Assembly: GCA_963663035.1 (NCBI GenBank)
Contig: OY760074.1
Span: 1,696,001-1,760,000, forward strand
DNA length: 64,000 nucleotides
Direction of reading: 5' to 3'
From: Acidobacteriota bacterium
GTDB lineage: Bacteria > Acidobacteriota > UBA6911 > RPQK01 > JADFOI01
The notes under the pieces were generated by a model. The model was not told the DNA's origin. It saw nothing but the letters and a program-made list of their open reading frames with translations, and ran no database searches. Shown one piece after another: positions 8,578-18,987 of the stretch. Position numbers and translations under genes: made by a program. Each line of letters begins with the position of its first letter. Position 1 is the first letter of the stretch.

Positions 8578-10270
8578 CTAGGGTGTCGCCGTGTAAAGAT
8601 AGCGCTTGATCTTTCGGGTGGTGGTCTTTTCAAATTCTTCCTTCCGAAGAATAAACTTCTTCACCCGCTTGTAGCGGGCCAGATTCCGGCACTGCTCCTT
8701 GACTGCTTCAGCAATCACCTCACGCATCTTTGCCTCGTCATATTGATTGAGACCAAGTTCCTCGTCGAAAGTTTCAGCGCAAGGAACAACAATGGCTTGC
8801 ACCTCTACTTGGGATGGATCCTCATCCGGACCACCCCACACCAGGGACTCCAGGACGTACCGGCTTTGATCGAGGAGAGCCTCAACCTCCTCAGGATAGA
8901 CGTTTTTCCCGTTGGGAGTGACAATCACCGACTTCCTCCGACCGTTGATATAGAGAAAGCCATCTGGATCCAGGTACCCCAAGTCCCCGCTATGCAGCCA
9001 TCCTTCCTTCAAGGTTCCTCGTGTAGCAGTTTCATTTAAGTAGTATCCGGCCATCACCGACGGCCCGCGCACCAGGATCTCCTCACCGACAATCTTCACC
9101 TCGACCCCAGGAACAGGCAATCCAACAGAGTCATCCTTTAAACAATTCACTCGGTTCACGGAGATAATGGGAGATGCCTCACTCATCCCATACCCTTGAA
9201 TGAAATCAAATCCGAGTTCGCGGAAGCCTTTGGCCACTTGAGGATTCACTGCAGCCCCACCTGAGATCAACAACTGCAGGCGCCCGCCGAATTGATCATG
9301 GATGGGCTTGAAGAGCCTTCGGCGAACGTTCAACCGCAAGAGCCGCTCACAAAGGGAAGCGATTCCCAGGGCCAGCCGAAACTTGGACTGTCCCTTCTGC
9401 TTGATTCCGCTTTCAATACGCCGGTAAAAGGTTTCAAAAAGGATGGGCACACCCAACATGACCGTGGCACCTGTTTCCCTTAAGTTCTCGGGTATGCGGC
9501 GGAGGTTCTCAGCATGACAGACGGTGCACCCCTGATAAAGTGCCAGCAGGAAACCGCCCATGGCTTCGTAGGTGTGATGCAGCGGCAAAACCGAAAAGCA
9601 ACACGCCATCCTGAATCGACACGTACTGAGACGTAGCCATGACGTTGGAAGCGATGTTTCCGTGGGTCAGCATGACACCCTTGGAATTTCCTGTCGTTCC
9701 GGAAGTGAAGATGATGACCGCCTGATCGTCTGCACTGAGCTCCCTGTCTTGAAGAGAGGGACTCCCACCCGAGTCTGCCTCCTGGCCCTTTCGCAACGCT
9801 TCAGGGAAGGACAGATCGGCTCCTTCTTTCTCCTCTTCCATGGAAATGAGCAATTCCAGGGAGGGAATGCCACTTCGACTCCCCTTGAGCTGATCGACGT
9901 ATTTCTGTGAGCAAATCAAGACTCTGGGTTTGGAAAAGTTCAGGATGTGGCTAATCTCGGGGACGGTGAGATCCCGGTCAATCGGCACCGCCACCAAACC
10001 CGCTGTGACTGCTGCCAGGTAGGTCACAGCCCATTCAGTCCGATTTTCCGACAGCAGCGCCACACGATCTCCTTTTCGCAAACCGAATTCCGAGAAAGCC
10101 GTGGCCAGTTCCCTGACTCGCTCGCCCAGCTGGCTGTAAGTGAGAGAGGTATAAGTCCCGTGTTTCTTACTTCGCAGGGCCACCTGACTGCTATACCGAT
10201 CCGCCACCTGAATCAAGAAATCCCGCAAGTCCTTTATCGGGTAAACGGAATGAAGAGGCGGCTTTTTCAC
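8578..10270 (-). pseudogene. Long-chain acyl-CoA synthetase split by a +1 frameshift (real or sequencing error)
   Basis: ORFs 9509-10309 (FTSGTTGNSKG) and 8578-9609 (SVLPLHH, QGYGMSE, SGDLG) join if one base is removed from the A4 run at 9594-9597. Confidence 0.8.
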
Positions 10271-10355
10271 GGTGGGAAAATTGTATCGGAAAGCAGCCCG
10301 GATCGCCATCGAACGGCGCGGAGAACGAAGAGTTTGCCCTTCCTGGACCCCCGCC

Positions 10356-10664
10356 CTAGCCTCTTACGGCATCCAGACTAAGGACGGCCTCTTCTCCCAC
10401 CACCTGAGCACTGTGGACGGCATTGGCTGGAACCTCGATCGAATCTCCAGCGCGCAGCAGAAACTCTTCTCCCTCAAGGGTGATCAAGAACTCCCCTTCC
10501 AAGACGGAGTCTTTTTTGTCCATCGAATGGGTGTGATCAGGAAAAACCGTCCCCATGGAGTAGGAGTAACAAGCGACCGTAGAGTAACCTTCCGCCATGA
10601 GTTTACGGCGCATGTTTTCTTCATTCAGAGGTCCCCATTTTGATTGGTCCCAGGGTTCAATCAT
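10356..10664 (-). CDS. Cupin domain protein
   Basis: FPDHTH...G.....LRAGD.IEVPANAVHSA. Confidence 0.85.
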   Translation of the reverse strand: MIEPWDQSKWGPLNEENMRRKLMAEGYSTVACYSYSMGTVFPDHTHSMDKKDSVLEGEFLITLEGEEFLLRAGDSIEVPANAVHSAQVVGEEAVLSLDAVRG

Positions 10665-10686
10665 TATTAGCGCCCAGTGGTCGCTC

Positions 10687-11634
10687 TCAGGAACTGAGAG
10701 TAGTCTGCGGCTGTTTCAGATTGGAAGGCAGATCGAATCGAACGTTCTCTTCCCGAACTGTCAACTCTTCCAGGACCGCACCCTGGCGTTGAAAAAACGT
10801 CACGATCTCCATGACCAGGCTTTCCGGAGCTGAAGCGCCGGAGGTCAATCCGAGAACCTCCACACCCTGGAGCCATTCATCCTGAATGGAATGCAGGTCA
10901 TTGATCAGGTAGGCACGGGTCCCCGCTCTCTCGGCCTCTTCAACCAATCGATTGGAATTGCTGCTGTTGACGGCACCCACCACCAGGATCAGCTCCGACA
11001 AACTGGCCAGCTCCTTCACCGCCACTTGCCTGTTCTCTGTGGCATAACAGATGTCCTCTGACGGGGGTCCCGTAATGCTGGGAAACCTCTTCCGCAGAGC
11101 CTCGACCATCTCTTGGGTGTCTTGCAGGCTCAGTGTGGTTTGCGTGACATAGGCAACCTTTTCCGGATCTTCCACCTCCAGGTCTTCGATGTCCTCTATC
11201 GTTTTCACTAATCGCATATGCTCAGGAGCCTCTCCCATCGTTCCGATCACTTCGTCATGACCCGCGTGTCCAATCAGAATAATGGTGTAGTCCTGCTGGG
11301 CGTAGCGAAGCGCCTCGATATGCACCTTCGTGACCAGTGGACAGGTGGCATCGATGACTTCCAACGATCTGGCAGCGGCTTTTTCCCTGACCTCAGGCGA
11401 AACGCCGTGAGCACTGAAGATAACTCTTGCCCCCTCCGGGACATCCTCAACGCTGTCCACAAAGATGGCCCCTTTCTCAGCCAGTTCCCTCACAACATGT
11501 GGGTTGTGGATGATTTCTTTACGAACGTAGAGGGATTCGGTGTAAGCCTCCAGCGCGATCTTGACGACATCGACCGCTCGAACGACACCCGCGCAAAAGC
11601 CTCGAGGACTGGCAAGGAGAAGCTTTTTGATCAT
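10687..11634 (-). CDS. ispH: 4-hydroxy-3-methylbut-2-enyl diphosphate reductase
   Basis: RGFCAGV, SAHG, DATCPLV, ICYATENRQ, SSNS. Confidence 0.97.
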   Translation of the reverse strand: MIKKLLLASPRGFCAGVVRAVDVVKIALEAYTESLYVRKEIIHNPHVVRELAEKGAIFVDSVEDVPEGARVIFSAHGVSPEVREKAAARSLEVIDATCPLVTKVHIEALRYAQQDYTIILIGHAGHDEVIGTMGEAPEHMRLVKTIEDIEDLEVEDPEKVAYVTQTTLSLQDTQEMVEALRKRFPSITGPPSEDICYATENRQVAVKELASLSELILVVGAVNSSNSNRLVEEAERAGTRAYLINDLHSIQDEWLQGVEVLGLTSGASAPESLVMEIVTFFQRQGAVLEELTVREENVRFDLPSNLKQPQTTLSS

Positions 11635-11685
11635 ATTAGGCTATTCTAGCATGTGGGTCGCTGCTGCGCAGCGAGGAGGCAGGAG

Positions 11686-11810
11686 GCGCGCTTCGCGCGC
11701 GGTCCCAGGTCCAGGTTCCAGGTTTTGAATTTTGAATTTGTTTGGAATTTGGAATTTTGGATTTTAAATTTCCGACGGCCTTCGGCCGGCGGTGGTCAGT
11801 TGTCAGTTGC
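11686..11810. repeat. Composite dispersed repeat (GCGCG-CTTCG hairpin + CCAGGTT/TTTGAAT heptamers + GGCC-TTCG-GCC hairpin + TGTCAGT)
   Basis: Related copies at about 32065-32147 (inverted) and 33773-33844. Confidence 0.8.
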
Positions 11811-12674
11811 CAGGAATTCCCCCACCACTTCCCTGACCGACCTCCTTTCTCCATCGACCTGGGAGTTCATCTTCCGCATCTGGGCTTCGTCGATTGTACC
11901 TCCCAGCCCATTCAACACTTCGCGCAGCTGGGGATATTGCTCCAATGTTCGACGACGAAAGACCGGAACCCCGTCGTAGGGTGGAAAATATCCTTTGTCG
12001 TCCTCCAGCATGAAGAGATCCAGGGCAGCAATGAGACCGTTGGTGGAATCACCCGCGATCAGATCCACTCTCTCATCGGCCAGAGCCCGATAGGTCAGTC
12101 CCAGCTCCATGACCCTGGGAGGCTCAGCAAACTTCAGATTGTAAGTTTCCGATAAGCCCTTAAAGCCGTCCGCTCGTTCGATGAATTCATAACCGAAAGC
12201 CGCCAGCCAGTTGGGCGTGTGCGGAGCGATCTCGCTGATGGTCCTCACCACCAGACGAAGCGCCTCTTCGTTTCGAATGAGAATGGCAAAGGTATTGTTG
12301 AAACCCAGGGGTTGCAACCACTCCATTCCCTGAGTTGCATAATCTTCCTTGACCCGCTGATAAACCTCGTCAGGATCACTGATCGGCTCATTCTTGAGAA
12401 TCGCCGTGAAGGCCGTCCCAGTGTATTCCACATAGCCGTCTATCTCCCCAGCTCGCAGGGCCAGATCACAAATGAAGGTACCCCCTAGATTCAACTTGCG
12501 GATCACTTGCAGCTCGGTCAGGCTTTCGATCTGCTGGGCCAGAATTTCTCCGAGAATGACCTGCTCAGTGAAATTTTTTGAGCCAATCACAATGCTTTCT
12601 CCAGAACTGCATGCCCCCGCTGGCAAGAGCACACCGAGTAGCAATACCGAAGCGGTCAGAGCAATAGGTTTCAT
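11796..12674 (-). CDS. Osmoprotectant (glycine betaine/choline) ABC substrate-binding lipoprotein
   Basis: Lipobox AGAC; IGSKNFTEQ, EYTGT, LGFNNTFA, FPPY. Confidence 0.92.
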   Translation of the reverse strand: MKPIALTASVLLLGVLLPAGACSSGESIVIGSKNFTEQVILGEILAQQIESLTELQVIRKLNLGGTFICDLALRAGEIDGYVEYTGTAFTAILKNEPISDPDEVYQRVKEDYATQGMEWLQPLGFNNTFAILIRNEEALRLVVRTISEIAPHTPNWLAAFGYEFIERADGFKGLSETYNLKFAEPPRVMELGLTYRALADERVDLIAGDSTNGLIAALDLFMLEDDKGYFPPYDGVPVFRRRTLEQYPQLREVLNGLGGTIDEAQMRKMNSQVDGERRSVREVVGEFLATDN

Positions 12675-13318
12675 ACAGCGCCCCCCTGGCGGGGACTCAG
12701 CAGCCGTTCCACCCAGCCCAGACCATAATCGGTCAACAGGGCCAACAGAGCGGCCGGGATGGAACCCGCCAGAATAAGTGTGGTGTTTACGCCAGCTACG
12801 CCCCGGAAGATATACATTCCCAACCCTCCGGCGCCGATGGCTGCTGCGATGGTGGCAATGCCGACAGAGGTAATAGCGGCTACTCGGATCCCGGCCAGAA
12901 TCACTCCCAGTGCCAGCGGAATTTCCACTTGCCACAACAGCTGCAGGTCGGTCATCCCCATGCCACGACCCGCTTCCTTGACCGACGGACTCACGCCTTT
13001 AATACCGGCGTAGGTGCTGCGCGTAATCGGTAGCAGCGCATAGAGGATCAGAGCCAGGATGGCAGTGCTGGCACCGATTCCTCCCAAAACCGGAAGCGGG
13101 ATGAGAAACCCAAACAGCGCCAGACTCGGGATGGTTTGTACCACATTGGCGAAACCGAGAATGCCCTTTTCCAAACCAGGCTTTCTGGTGATCACAACAC
13201 CTGCCGGGATGCCAATCACCGCTGCAACTGTGATTGATACAAAGACCATCCACAGGTGCTCTCCAGTTAAGCGGAGTACCTCATCGAAATTGCTGACAAA
13301 AAACTCCCATAGTTCCAT
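12671..13318 (-). CDS. Osmoprotectant ABC permease
   Basis: QTIPSLALFG, EAGRGMGM (EAA loop), GAGGLG. Confidence 0.92.
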   Translation of the reverse strand: MELWEFFVSNFDEVLRLTGEHLWMVFVSITVAAVIGIPAGVVITRKPGLEKGILGFANVVQTIPSLALFGFLIPLPVLGGIGASTAILALILYALLPITRSTYAGIKGVSPSVKEAGRGMGMTDLQLLWQVEIPLALGVILAGIRVAAITSVGIATIAAAIGAGGLGMYIFRGVAGVNTTLILAGSIPAALLALLTDYGLGWVERLLSPRQGGAV

Positions 13319-13342
13319 GGTGCACTCCTAAATGAAAAAAGG

Positions 13343-14098
13343 CTAAACCTGAAACGCTCGCGAAGCGAGTTCCAGCGGCTTCAGGAAAGCCCTGACCTCC
13401 GGGTCTTGGGAGGCCAGCAGCTCATCTGCCGTGCCGATGACAGTCAGTCGGCCTTCTGTCATCAACCCGATCCGGGTTCCCAGGTGGAGAGCTTCCTGGA
13501 GGTCGTGTGTCACAAAGAGGATGGTTTTCTTCAGGTTTCCCTGAAGCTCCTTAAACTCCTCTTGAATCTCACTTCGAGTCAGTGGATCAAGCGCACCAAA
13601 GGGCTCATCCATGAGAAGAATCGGGGGATCGACCGCCAGAGCCCGAGCCACCCCTACGCGTTGTCTTTGGCCCCCGGACAACTGCCACGGATAGCGATGG
13701 GCATACTCATCTCCATCCAGACCCACCAGGGTGAGCAGTTCCCTGACCCGCCGGTCAATCTTCTCCTGCTCCCACTTCTCCAGGGAAGGCACAAGCGCCA
13801 CATTCCGTTCCACGGTAAAGTGCGGAAACAGCCCCACTTCCTGGATGACATAACCGATGCGACGGCGCAGCTCAATGGGATCCCAGGCAATCGTTGCCCT
13901 GCCTTCCACCCGGACTTCTCCACTGGTGGGCTCAAGTAGACGGTTGACCAGCTTCAAAGAGGTTGTCTTTCCACAACCACTGCGGCCCAGGAGCACCACC
14001 GTCTCACCTTGACTTATCTCCAGGTCCAGATCGGAAAGAATCTCCCTTCCCGAAAGCCGATAGGAAACCTGATGGAACTGGACCGCAACTTCAGGCAT
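13343..14098 (-). CDS. Osmoprotectant ABC ATPase
   Basis: GRSGCGKT, LSGGQRQR, LLMDEPFGALD. Confidence 0.93.
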   Translation of the reverse strand: MPEVAVQFHQVSYRLSGREILSDLDLEISQGETVVLLGRSGCGKTTSLKLVNRLLEPTSGEVRVEGRATIAWDPIELRRRIGYVIQEVGLFPHFTVERNVALVPSLEKWEQEKIDRRVRELLTLVGLDGDEYAHRYPWQLSGGQRQRVGVARALAVDPPILLMDEPFGALDPLTRSEIQEEFKELQGNLKKTILFVTHDLQEALHLGTRIGLMTEGRLTVIGTADELLASQDPEVRAFLKPLELASRAFQV

Positions 14099-14167
14099 TT
14101 CCAAAGGGTAGCACTTTGGTCGCCGATGGTCAGGAGTATTATCTGTGGGAGTGCCGTTGAGGCTTGC

Positions 14168-16387
14168 TTATCTTTCCTCGAGCTCAATGATTTCGACGCG
14201 GGTTCCGTGGAACTGCAAAATGATGCGGTTGTTCCCGCTGATCCACTGGAGTTCCTTTTCGCCGGGGCGGCTACCCTGGCCCGCATGAATCGGTTGAGCA
14301 TTCGGATACTTTTCTTCGATCAGACTGGAATAGGCTTGAGAAAACTGGTTGGCTTCTAATTCAGAGTCCCACACTGAACGAAGAACGAAAGCCAGTGCTC
14401 CTCTGGGGGTTTTGAACAATTCCACGCGGTCACCGTCCCATCCCCGGGCGCCCCGTTGAGCCTTCTGCTCTGAGATGAACTCCCTCAATACGAGATACAG
14501 GACAAACTCACCGAGGGTGTTCGAATAGACTGGTTTCCAGGGTGCGGAGAGGATCTCGGGAGGCGTCTGTAATGGCATTTCAGTGGGATCGTCCCTGGAG
14601 CCGGCATATTTTTCGGGATGCATGATCTGCTCGCTCGACTGCGGTAAATCGGAATAGAGGCGGGCTGAACCTTCCCAGTCATTCCACTTGAGATAAAACT
14701 GGAAAAAGGAAAATCCGAAAGTGGCAGGAAAAAGGCTGATCTCCTTCATAGCTTCAGGGACATCCTCGCCCATCTGCTCCTCGAGCAGTAGGCGAAAGAC
14801 CTGGCGAACATCGCGGACATCCGAGGAGGCGCCGCGGGACAAGCGATTACTGTAAGCCAGCATGCCAGCCAAGGCATCTCCCGTCATCACGGCTATCCGG
14901 GCACCGGTAGCATCGTCGTTTCCTTCAACTCTAGCCCCTGATAGGCTGGCACCGAAGTGTTGATCTTGTATGGCGTAAGCCAGGTTGATGAGTAGGCTCG
15001 CTCCTAATTCCGCTCTCTGCTCTTCCCCCAGTGAGTCATCAATATATAAAACCTCGGTCTGAGAATCGTAGAAACTGGCTGTGGAGGATAGGGCAGTTCT
15101 TCGAAGGAAGCCTGCCAAATCGTAATTGCGGGGCACCAGTCCGAGCTTGAAAAGCAGCGTTGCTTCAAGGTCTAATTGCTCAGGAGGGTTGAGTTCGTCT
15201 GTCACTCGAAGCAGGCGGGCCTCGATGTCCTTTCGCTTAGCAAAAACCCTGGTGATCGGCCTTTTCACCTTCAGACCTCTTGTCCTGCTGACGCGCGCTA
15301 GAAGTTCATCGACCAGTTCCAATAGTTCGGAATTGTCTTGGAGCGGTGCCTCTCTGAGATCTACCTCTGCCGGTGTCGCCGCCACCACTGGTTCTTCCCT
15401 GCCTTTGGTCTCTGGTCTTTCGATCTCGGGCTCGGACTTGAAATCGGACTCAGGCTCAGGCTCGGGCTCAGGCTCGGGCTCGGGCTGACTTAAGGCAATG
15501 GCCAAATCGGCAGTCTCTGCCGAGGCCTGCTCCAGGACGCCCATCCTCCGCATCTCCAGGCAAAACTCCGCGAATCTCTTGTTCGCTTCCGCATTGTCGA
15601 AAGCCATGACACTCAGGGCTTTTTCGGCGGCTTCCTTGGCCTGCTCGCACTTTCCCAGATCACGGTAGGCTATGCTGACGTTGTTCCAGGCAAAGGCGTA
15701 AGGGATGGTTTCTTCAGACTGTTCAATGAAGCTCTGATAATGTTCCACCACTTCTTCAGAACGCGGCTGGCTGAGCTGTGAGATGCCCCAGGCGAGCTGG
15801 AAATCGTAGTGCATGGGGAGAGCATAGGGATTGGGATGTGTCTCGGACAGTTCTTGAGCTTTGTAGAGGAGATCAATTCCCTTTTCAATATCCTGATCCC
15901 GCCCCGTCCAGGCACCGTGGGCCACCAAGAGCTTGCCTTTCGCCATCAAGTACCTCGGTGATTGAGGTTCCAGAGCTAAAGCCTTATCTATCTCTACCAG
16001 TCCCCTCTCGTACGCTGCATAGTAGTCTGCGTAGACTGCCGTGGCGTAATGCAGAAATGCTTCTTGATTGGCCTGGCGAGCCCGTTCTGCAAGATGTTCA
16101 AAGAGAGGTGAGATAGCAAGCAGCCCTGTTGCTCTTCCCAATAGGGAAGTGTTTCGTAATTTTCCCAGCTCAATGACAATGAGTTGCCATAAGGCTTCCA
16201 AGTGCTCAGGCTGCTCATCGAGAACCGCCTGCAGATAGCGCTCTGCAGCTGAGGTGTCTCCCAGGAACCCTGTCCTGAGCAGATGATCCAAGGCCTTGTT
16301 GAAAAGATCCTCAACTTCGTCGGCTGCGCTCAAGGTTCCCTGAAGAAGGAGACACAGTAATAAGACCGCGGTTACTCTTCTTCTCAC
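14168..16387 (-). CDS. Secreted TPR-repeat protein with (PE)n linker and a C-terminal zincin-like domain lacking HExxH
   Basis: Signal peptide; TPR-like helices; PEPEPEPEPE; ASFYD, INLAYAIQDQHF, TGDA, SSEQIMHPEKY, GWDGDR; GTG start overlaps the upstream TGA. Confidence 0.7.
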   Translation of the reverse strand: MRRRVTAVLLLCLLLQGTLSAADEVEDLFNKALDHLLRTGFLGDTSAAERYLQAVLDEQPEHLEALWQLIVIELGKLRNTSLLGRATGLLAISPLFEHLAERARQANQEAFLHYATAVYADYYAAYERGLVEIDKALALEPQSPRYLMAKGKLLVAHGAWTGRDQDIEKGIDLLYKAQELSETHPNPYALPMHYDFQLAWGISQLSQPRSEEVVEHYQSFIEQSEETIPYAFAWNNVSIAYRDLGKCEQAKEAAEKALSVMAFDNAEANKRFAEFCLEMRRMGVLEQASAETADLAIALSQPEPEPEPEPEPESDFKSEPEIERPETKGREEPVVAATPAEVDLREAPLQDNSELLELVDELLARVSRTRGLKVKRPITRVFAKRKDIEARLLRVTDELNPPEQLDLEATLLFKLGLVPRNYDLAGFLRRTALSSTASFYDSQTEVLYIDDSLGEEQRAELGASLLINLAYAIQDQHFGASLSGARVEGNDDATGARIAVMTGDALAGMLAYSNRLSRGASSDVRDVRQVFRLLLEEQMGEDVPEAMKEISLFPATFGFSFFQFYLKWNDWEGSARLYSDLPQSSEQIMHPEKYAGSRDDPTEMPLQTPPEILSAPWKPVYSNTLGEFVLYLVLREFISEQKAQRGARGWDGDRVELFKTPRGALAFVLRSVWDSELEANQFSQAYSSLIEEKYPNAQPIHAGQGSRPGEKELQWISGNNRIILQFHGTRVEIIELEER

Positions 16388-18768
16388 CTCACAGCTCCCG
16401 TAAGGATAAAGGCCGACCAATAAAAGGGATGAGGATATTGTTGACTGCTCAGCAATTCTTTCTGAGCCTTCTGCAGTGAAAGCACCGCCGGAGTACCTCT
16501 GGCGTAGGCTTTATACAAGGCCTGCATGAATTCCGCGGTGGCCTGGTCATGGACCGCCCACAAAGGCGCGATAAGACTTTGTGCCCCTGAGAAAAACAGG
16601 GCCCGGGCAATTCCAAAAACGTCCCTTTCTGTCTTTGGATCCGTGAGTCCAGCTTCACAGCTGCTCAGTGTAATGAGATTGAGGTGACTCATGTCGACCG
16701 TTGCCATGGCTCTGGCATTCCAAGGGTGAGCTTCACTGTTGCCGTCTTCCGGCGAGAGCCAGATGGTCGAGTCCATTGCAGAATCAGGGTAAAAATGGCC
16801 GTGTGCTCCCACGTGCAGGAAGGTTGGAGTGGTATACCCTTTGATGGCCGCAACCAGCTGGTCCTCCGAGCACTGGCTTCCCGAGAGGGTGGTCACTGCG
16901 TCTCCAAAGAACAGCTGTAAGGCTTCAGCGGTCTCCTGTTGGAAGGGAAGACGGGCATTGAAAACCTCGGGATCCACACAGCTGATCCCGTTTTCAGCGG
17001 GGGGTACTTTGACACTTTCCATGGAAGTGAAGTAGCGAAGTGAAGTCACTCCGTAAACACCGTAGCGTTCTCCCAGGAACTCCTCCTCATCCATGAGTAC
17101 TGCAAGGGGTATCCTGCTAAAGAAGCTATCCGGGCTATAGACGATGATCCGGATAGCAGCGGGAAGTCTCTCTATTGCCGGTGCCAGTGCCTTTTCGAAG
17201 AGCATTTGTGCCGGTTCACGATAAAAGTCATTCAATGGATTGGTCAGAGCGACCCGCAATTGGCCAGCTGCTCGGCGATACTCAGCCGCATCCAGAGTCA
17301 AGGGGATATGCTGAATACCACCCTGGGTCATGAGAAACAGGGAGACTCGCTTATCCCGCACGAAGAAGGACAGTACCGCTACATCGGGGCTCAACCCTTG
17401 CCGAATCTCGTCAACCTTCTCCTTTGAGAGACTTCGAGTGACGGTGATATCCTTGAGCTGTAAGTTTGCCTGCAGCTTTCGGCGTTCGTCCCCCTGTTTC
17501 GTCAAAAGAGGCAGAAATCCTTCCAAAGAAAGATTTTCCTGGGTCCGCTCCAGGAGATTGTCCTGCTCCAGCAGCGCCATTAGTTCTGTGGCATGCCGTT
17601 CTTCCATCTCTTTCCATTGGCTGGAAATCTGCTGATAAGACGAGTCCTCTAGAATATCGTTGAGCGTGCGCGCTTTATTGGATTCCAGAAGCGCTAAGGC
17701 TTCTGCGTAATCTTTGGAACTCAGATGATACTCCACAAACTCATCGACCAATCCCTTATGCTTGTTGTCGAGCTTGGCTCGTGCATCTTCGCCTGGAGCT
17801 TTGGCGCGGGTCAGCTCATAGTTGGTATAGGAAGACAGGTAATAACGTCGGGCCTCGGCATGCTTCTTTTGAGCGGAGTAAATCCGGGCAAAAGAGAAGA
17901 GGAGTTTCGTGTAGTTCTCAGTCTGTCTCTCTGAAGGAGAAAAGAAGGATTCGGTCTTTCTTAAGACTTCCAGGGCTCTGTCATACTGAGCAGAGCGCAT
18001 CAAGTCACTGGCATACTCCTGTCCCGCTTCCCACTTGGCCCACTTCCCACCCGAGTCATCATCCAGTGACTGGGCCGAGCGCCAGGCCTCTGCATAAATT
18101 GCCGAGGCCTTCTCGGTTTCTCCAAATGCTCTTAAATCAGATGCCGTATCGCACAGGAGACGGACATAGTCTCCCCGGTACTGAGTGTCCTTCAGGCTCT
18201 CCCTGGCACGGAGAAGCCACATCATGGCTTGACTGCGATCTCTCCCCCTCAGCAATCTGGCGATGGCAAGCTCCATTACGCCGAGTTCTTCAGGGTTGTT
18301 CAGAGCTTGAAAGACCTTGTAAGCCAGGAGTGAAGTGTAGAGGGCTTCATGATCATCATCGAATGCTTCAAAGATCCTGGCCAGGTTGCCCAGGCCAATG
18401 CCTAGACCCATGAGGCTGCCCTGTTGATAGCTGATGGCCAGGACCTTCTGGTAGGTAATGTAGGCTTCCCTGTGATTGCCCTCAGAGATCTGTTGATGAC
18501 CGACAGAGTGGTCCAGGTTGATGGCGTATTCTAAACTGTTCTCATTTGCTTCTAACTCGACCCCCTCGAAGTAGTGTCGAATCTGAGCCTTGGTTTCTTC
18601 ATCCAAGGACAGAGAGGCGCTTCCTTCAATCGCCTCCGATCCAGGCATCCATTTAGCTAAAAACTCAGGAATGTCAATGGAAATCAACCCAGGATATTGA
18701 TAGAGAACAAGGGCCGCCACAAGGACCACTAACAAGACTAAAACAGCTTTTTGGACCCGACTGTTCAC
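16384..18768 (-). CDS. CHAT-domain (caspase-like) protease with N-terminal membrane anchor and TPR region
   Basis: LHVGAHG (His), LSSCEAG (Cys), LWAVHD, HPFYWSAF.L.G; GGAGG SD before GTG 18768. Confidence 0.9.
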   Translation of the reverse strand: MNSRVQKAVLVLLVVLVAALVLYQYPGLISIDIPEFLAKWMPGSEAIEGSASLSLDEETKAQIRHYFEGVELEANENSLEYAINLDHSVGHQQISEGNHREAYITYQKVLAISYQQGSLMGLGIGLGNLARIFEAFDDDHEALYTSLLAYKVFQALNNPEELGVMELAIARLLRGRDRSQAMMWLLRARESLKDTQYRGDYVRLLCDTASDLRAFGETEKASAIYAEAWRSAQSLDDDSGGKWAKWEAGQEYASDLMRSAQYDRALEVLRKTESFFSPSERQTENYTKLLFSFARIYSAQKKHAEARRYYLSSYTNYELTRAKAPGEDARAKLDNKHKGLVDEFVEYHLSSKDYAEALALLESNKARTLNDILEDSSYQQISSQWKEMEERHATELMALLEQDNLLERTQENLSLEGFLPLLTKQGDERRKLQANLQLKDITVTRSLSKEKVDEIRQGLSPDVAVLSFFVRDKRVSLFLMTQGGIQHIPLTLDAAEYRRAAGQLRVALTNPLNDFYREPAQMLFEKALAPAIERLPAAIRIIVYSPDSFFSRIPLAVLMDEEEFLGERYGVYGVTSLRYFTSMESVKVPPAENGISCVDPEVFNARLPFQQETAEALQLFFGDAVTTLSGSQCSEDQLVAAIKGYTTPTFLHVGAHGHFYPDSAMDSTIWLSPEDGNSEAHPWNARAMATVDMSHLNLITLSSCEAGLTDPKTERDVFGIARALFFSGAQSLIAPLWAVHDQATAEFMQALYKAYARGTPAVLSLQKAQKELLSSQQYPHPFYWSAFILTGAVR

Positions 18769-18817
18769 CGCTCCTCCAGACCTTTTCTGCCACAAACTAT
18801 GCTTTTTTAGAATTCAA

Positions 18818-18833
18818 TGCATCTCCTGTGCCA
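18818..18833 (-). promoter_or_regulatory. sigma54 (-24/-12) promoter of the CHAT operon
   Basis: TGGCAC-AGGAG-ATGCA (GG-N10-GC); IHF-like AAGCAA-CAGG-TTA at about 18876-18888. Confidence 0.7.
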
Positions 18834-18987
18834 TTGCTCTCAAATGATGGAACTTCAAAGGTTTAAACAATTATTAAGCAACAGGTTAGCCTCTTTCCCA
18901 GGGACCCATGGATCGGTTGAAGAGCGTTAGATCTCCAGGCGATGTCACCATCGGTTTACAAAAAGAGGTCTGCAGGCGGGCTGCGTC

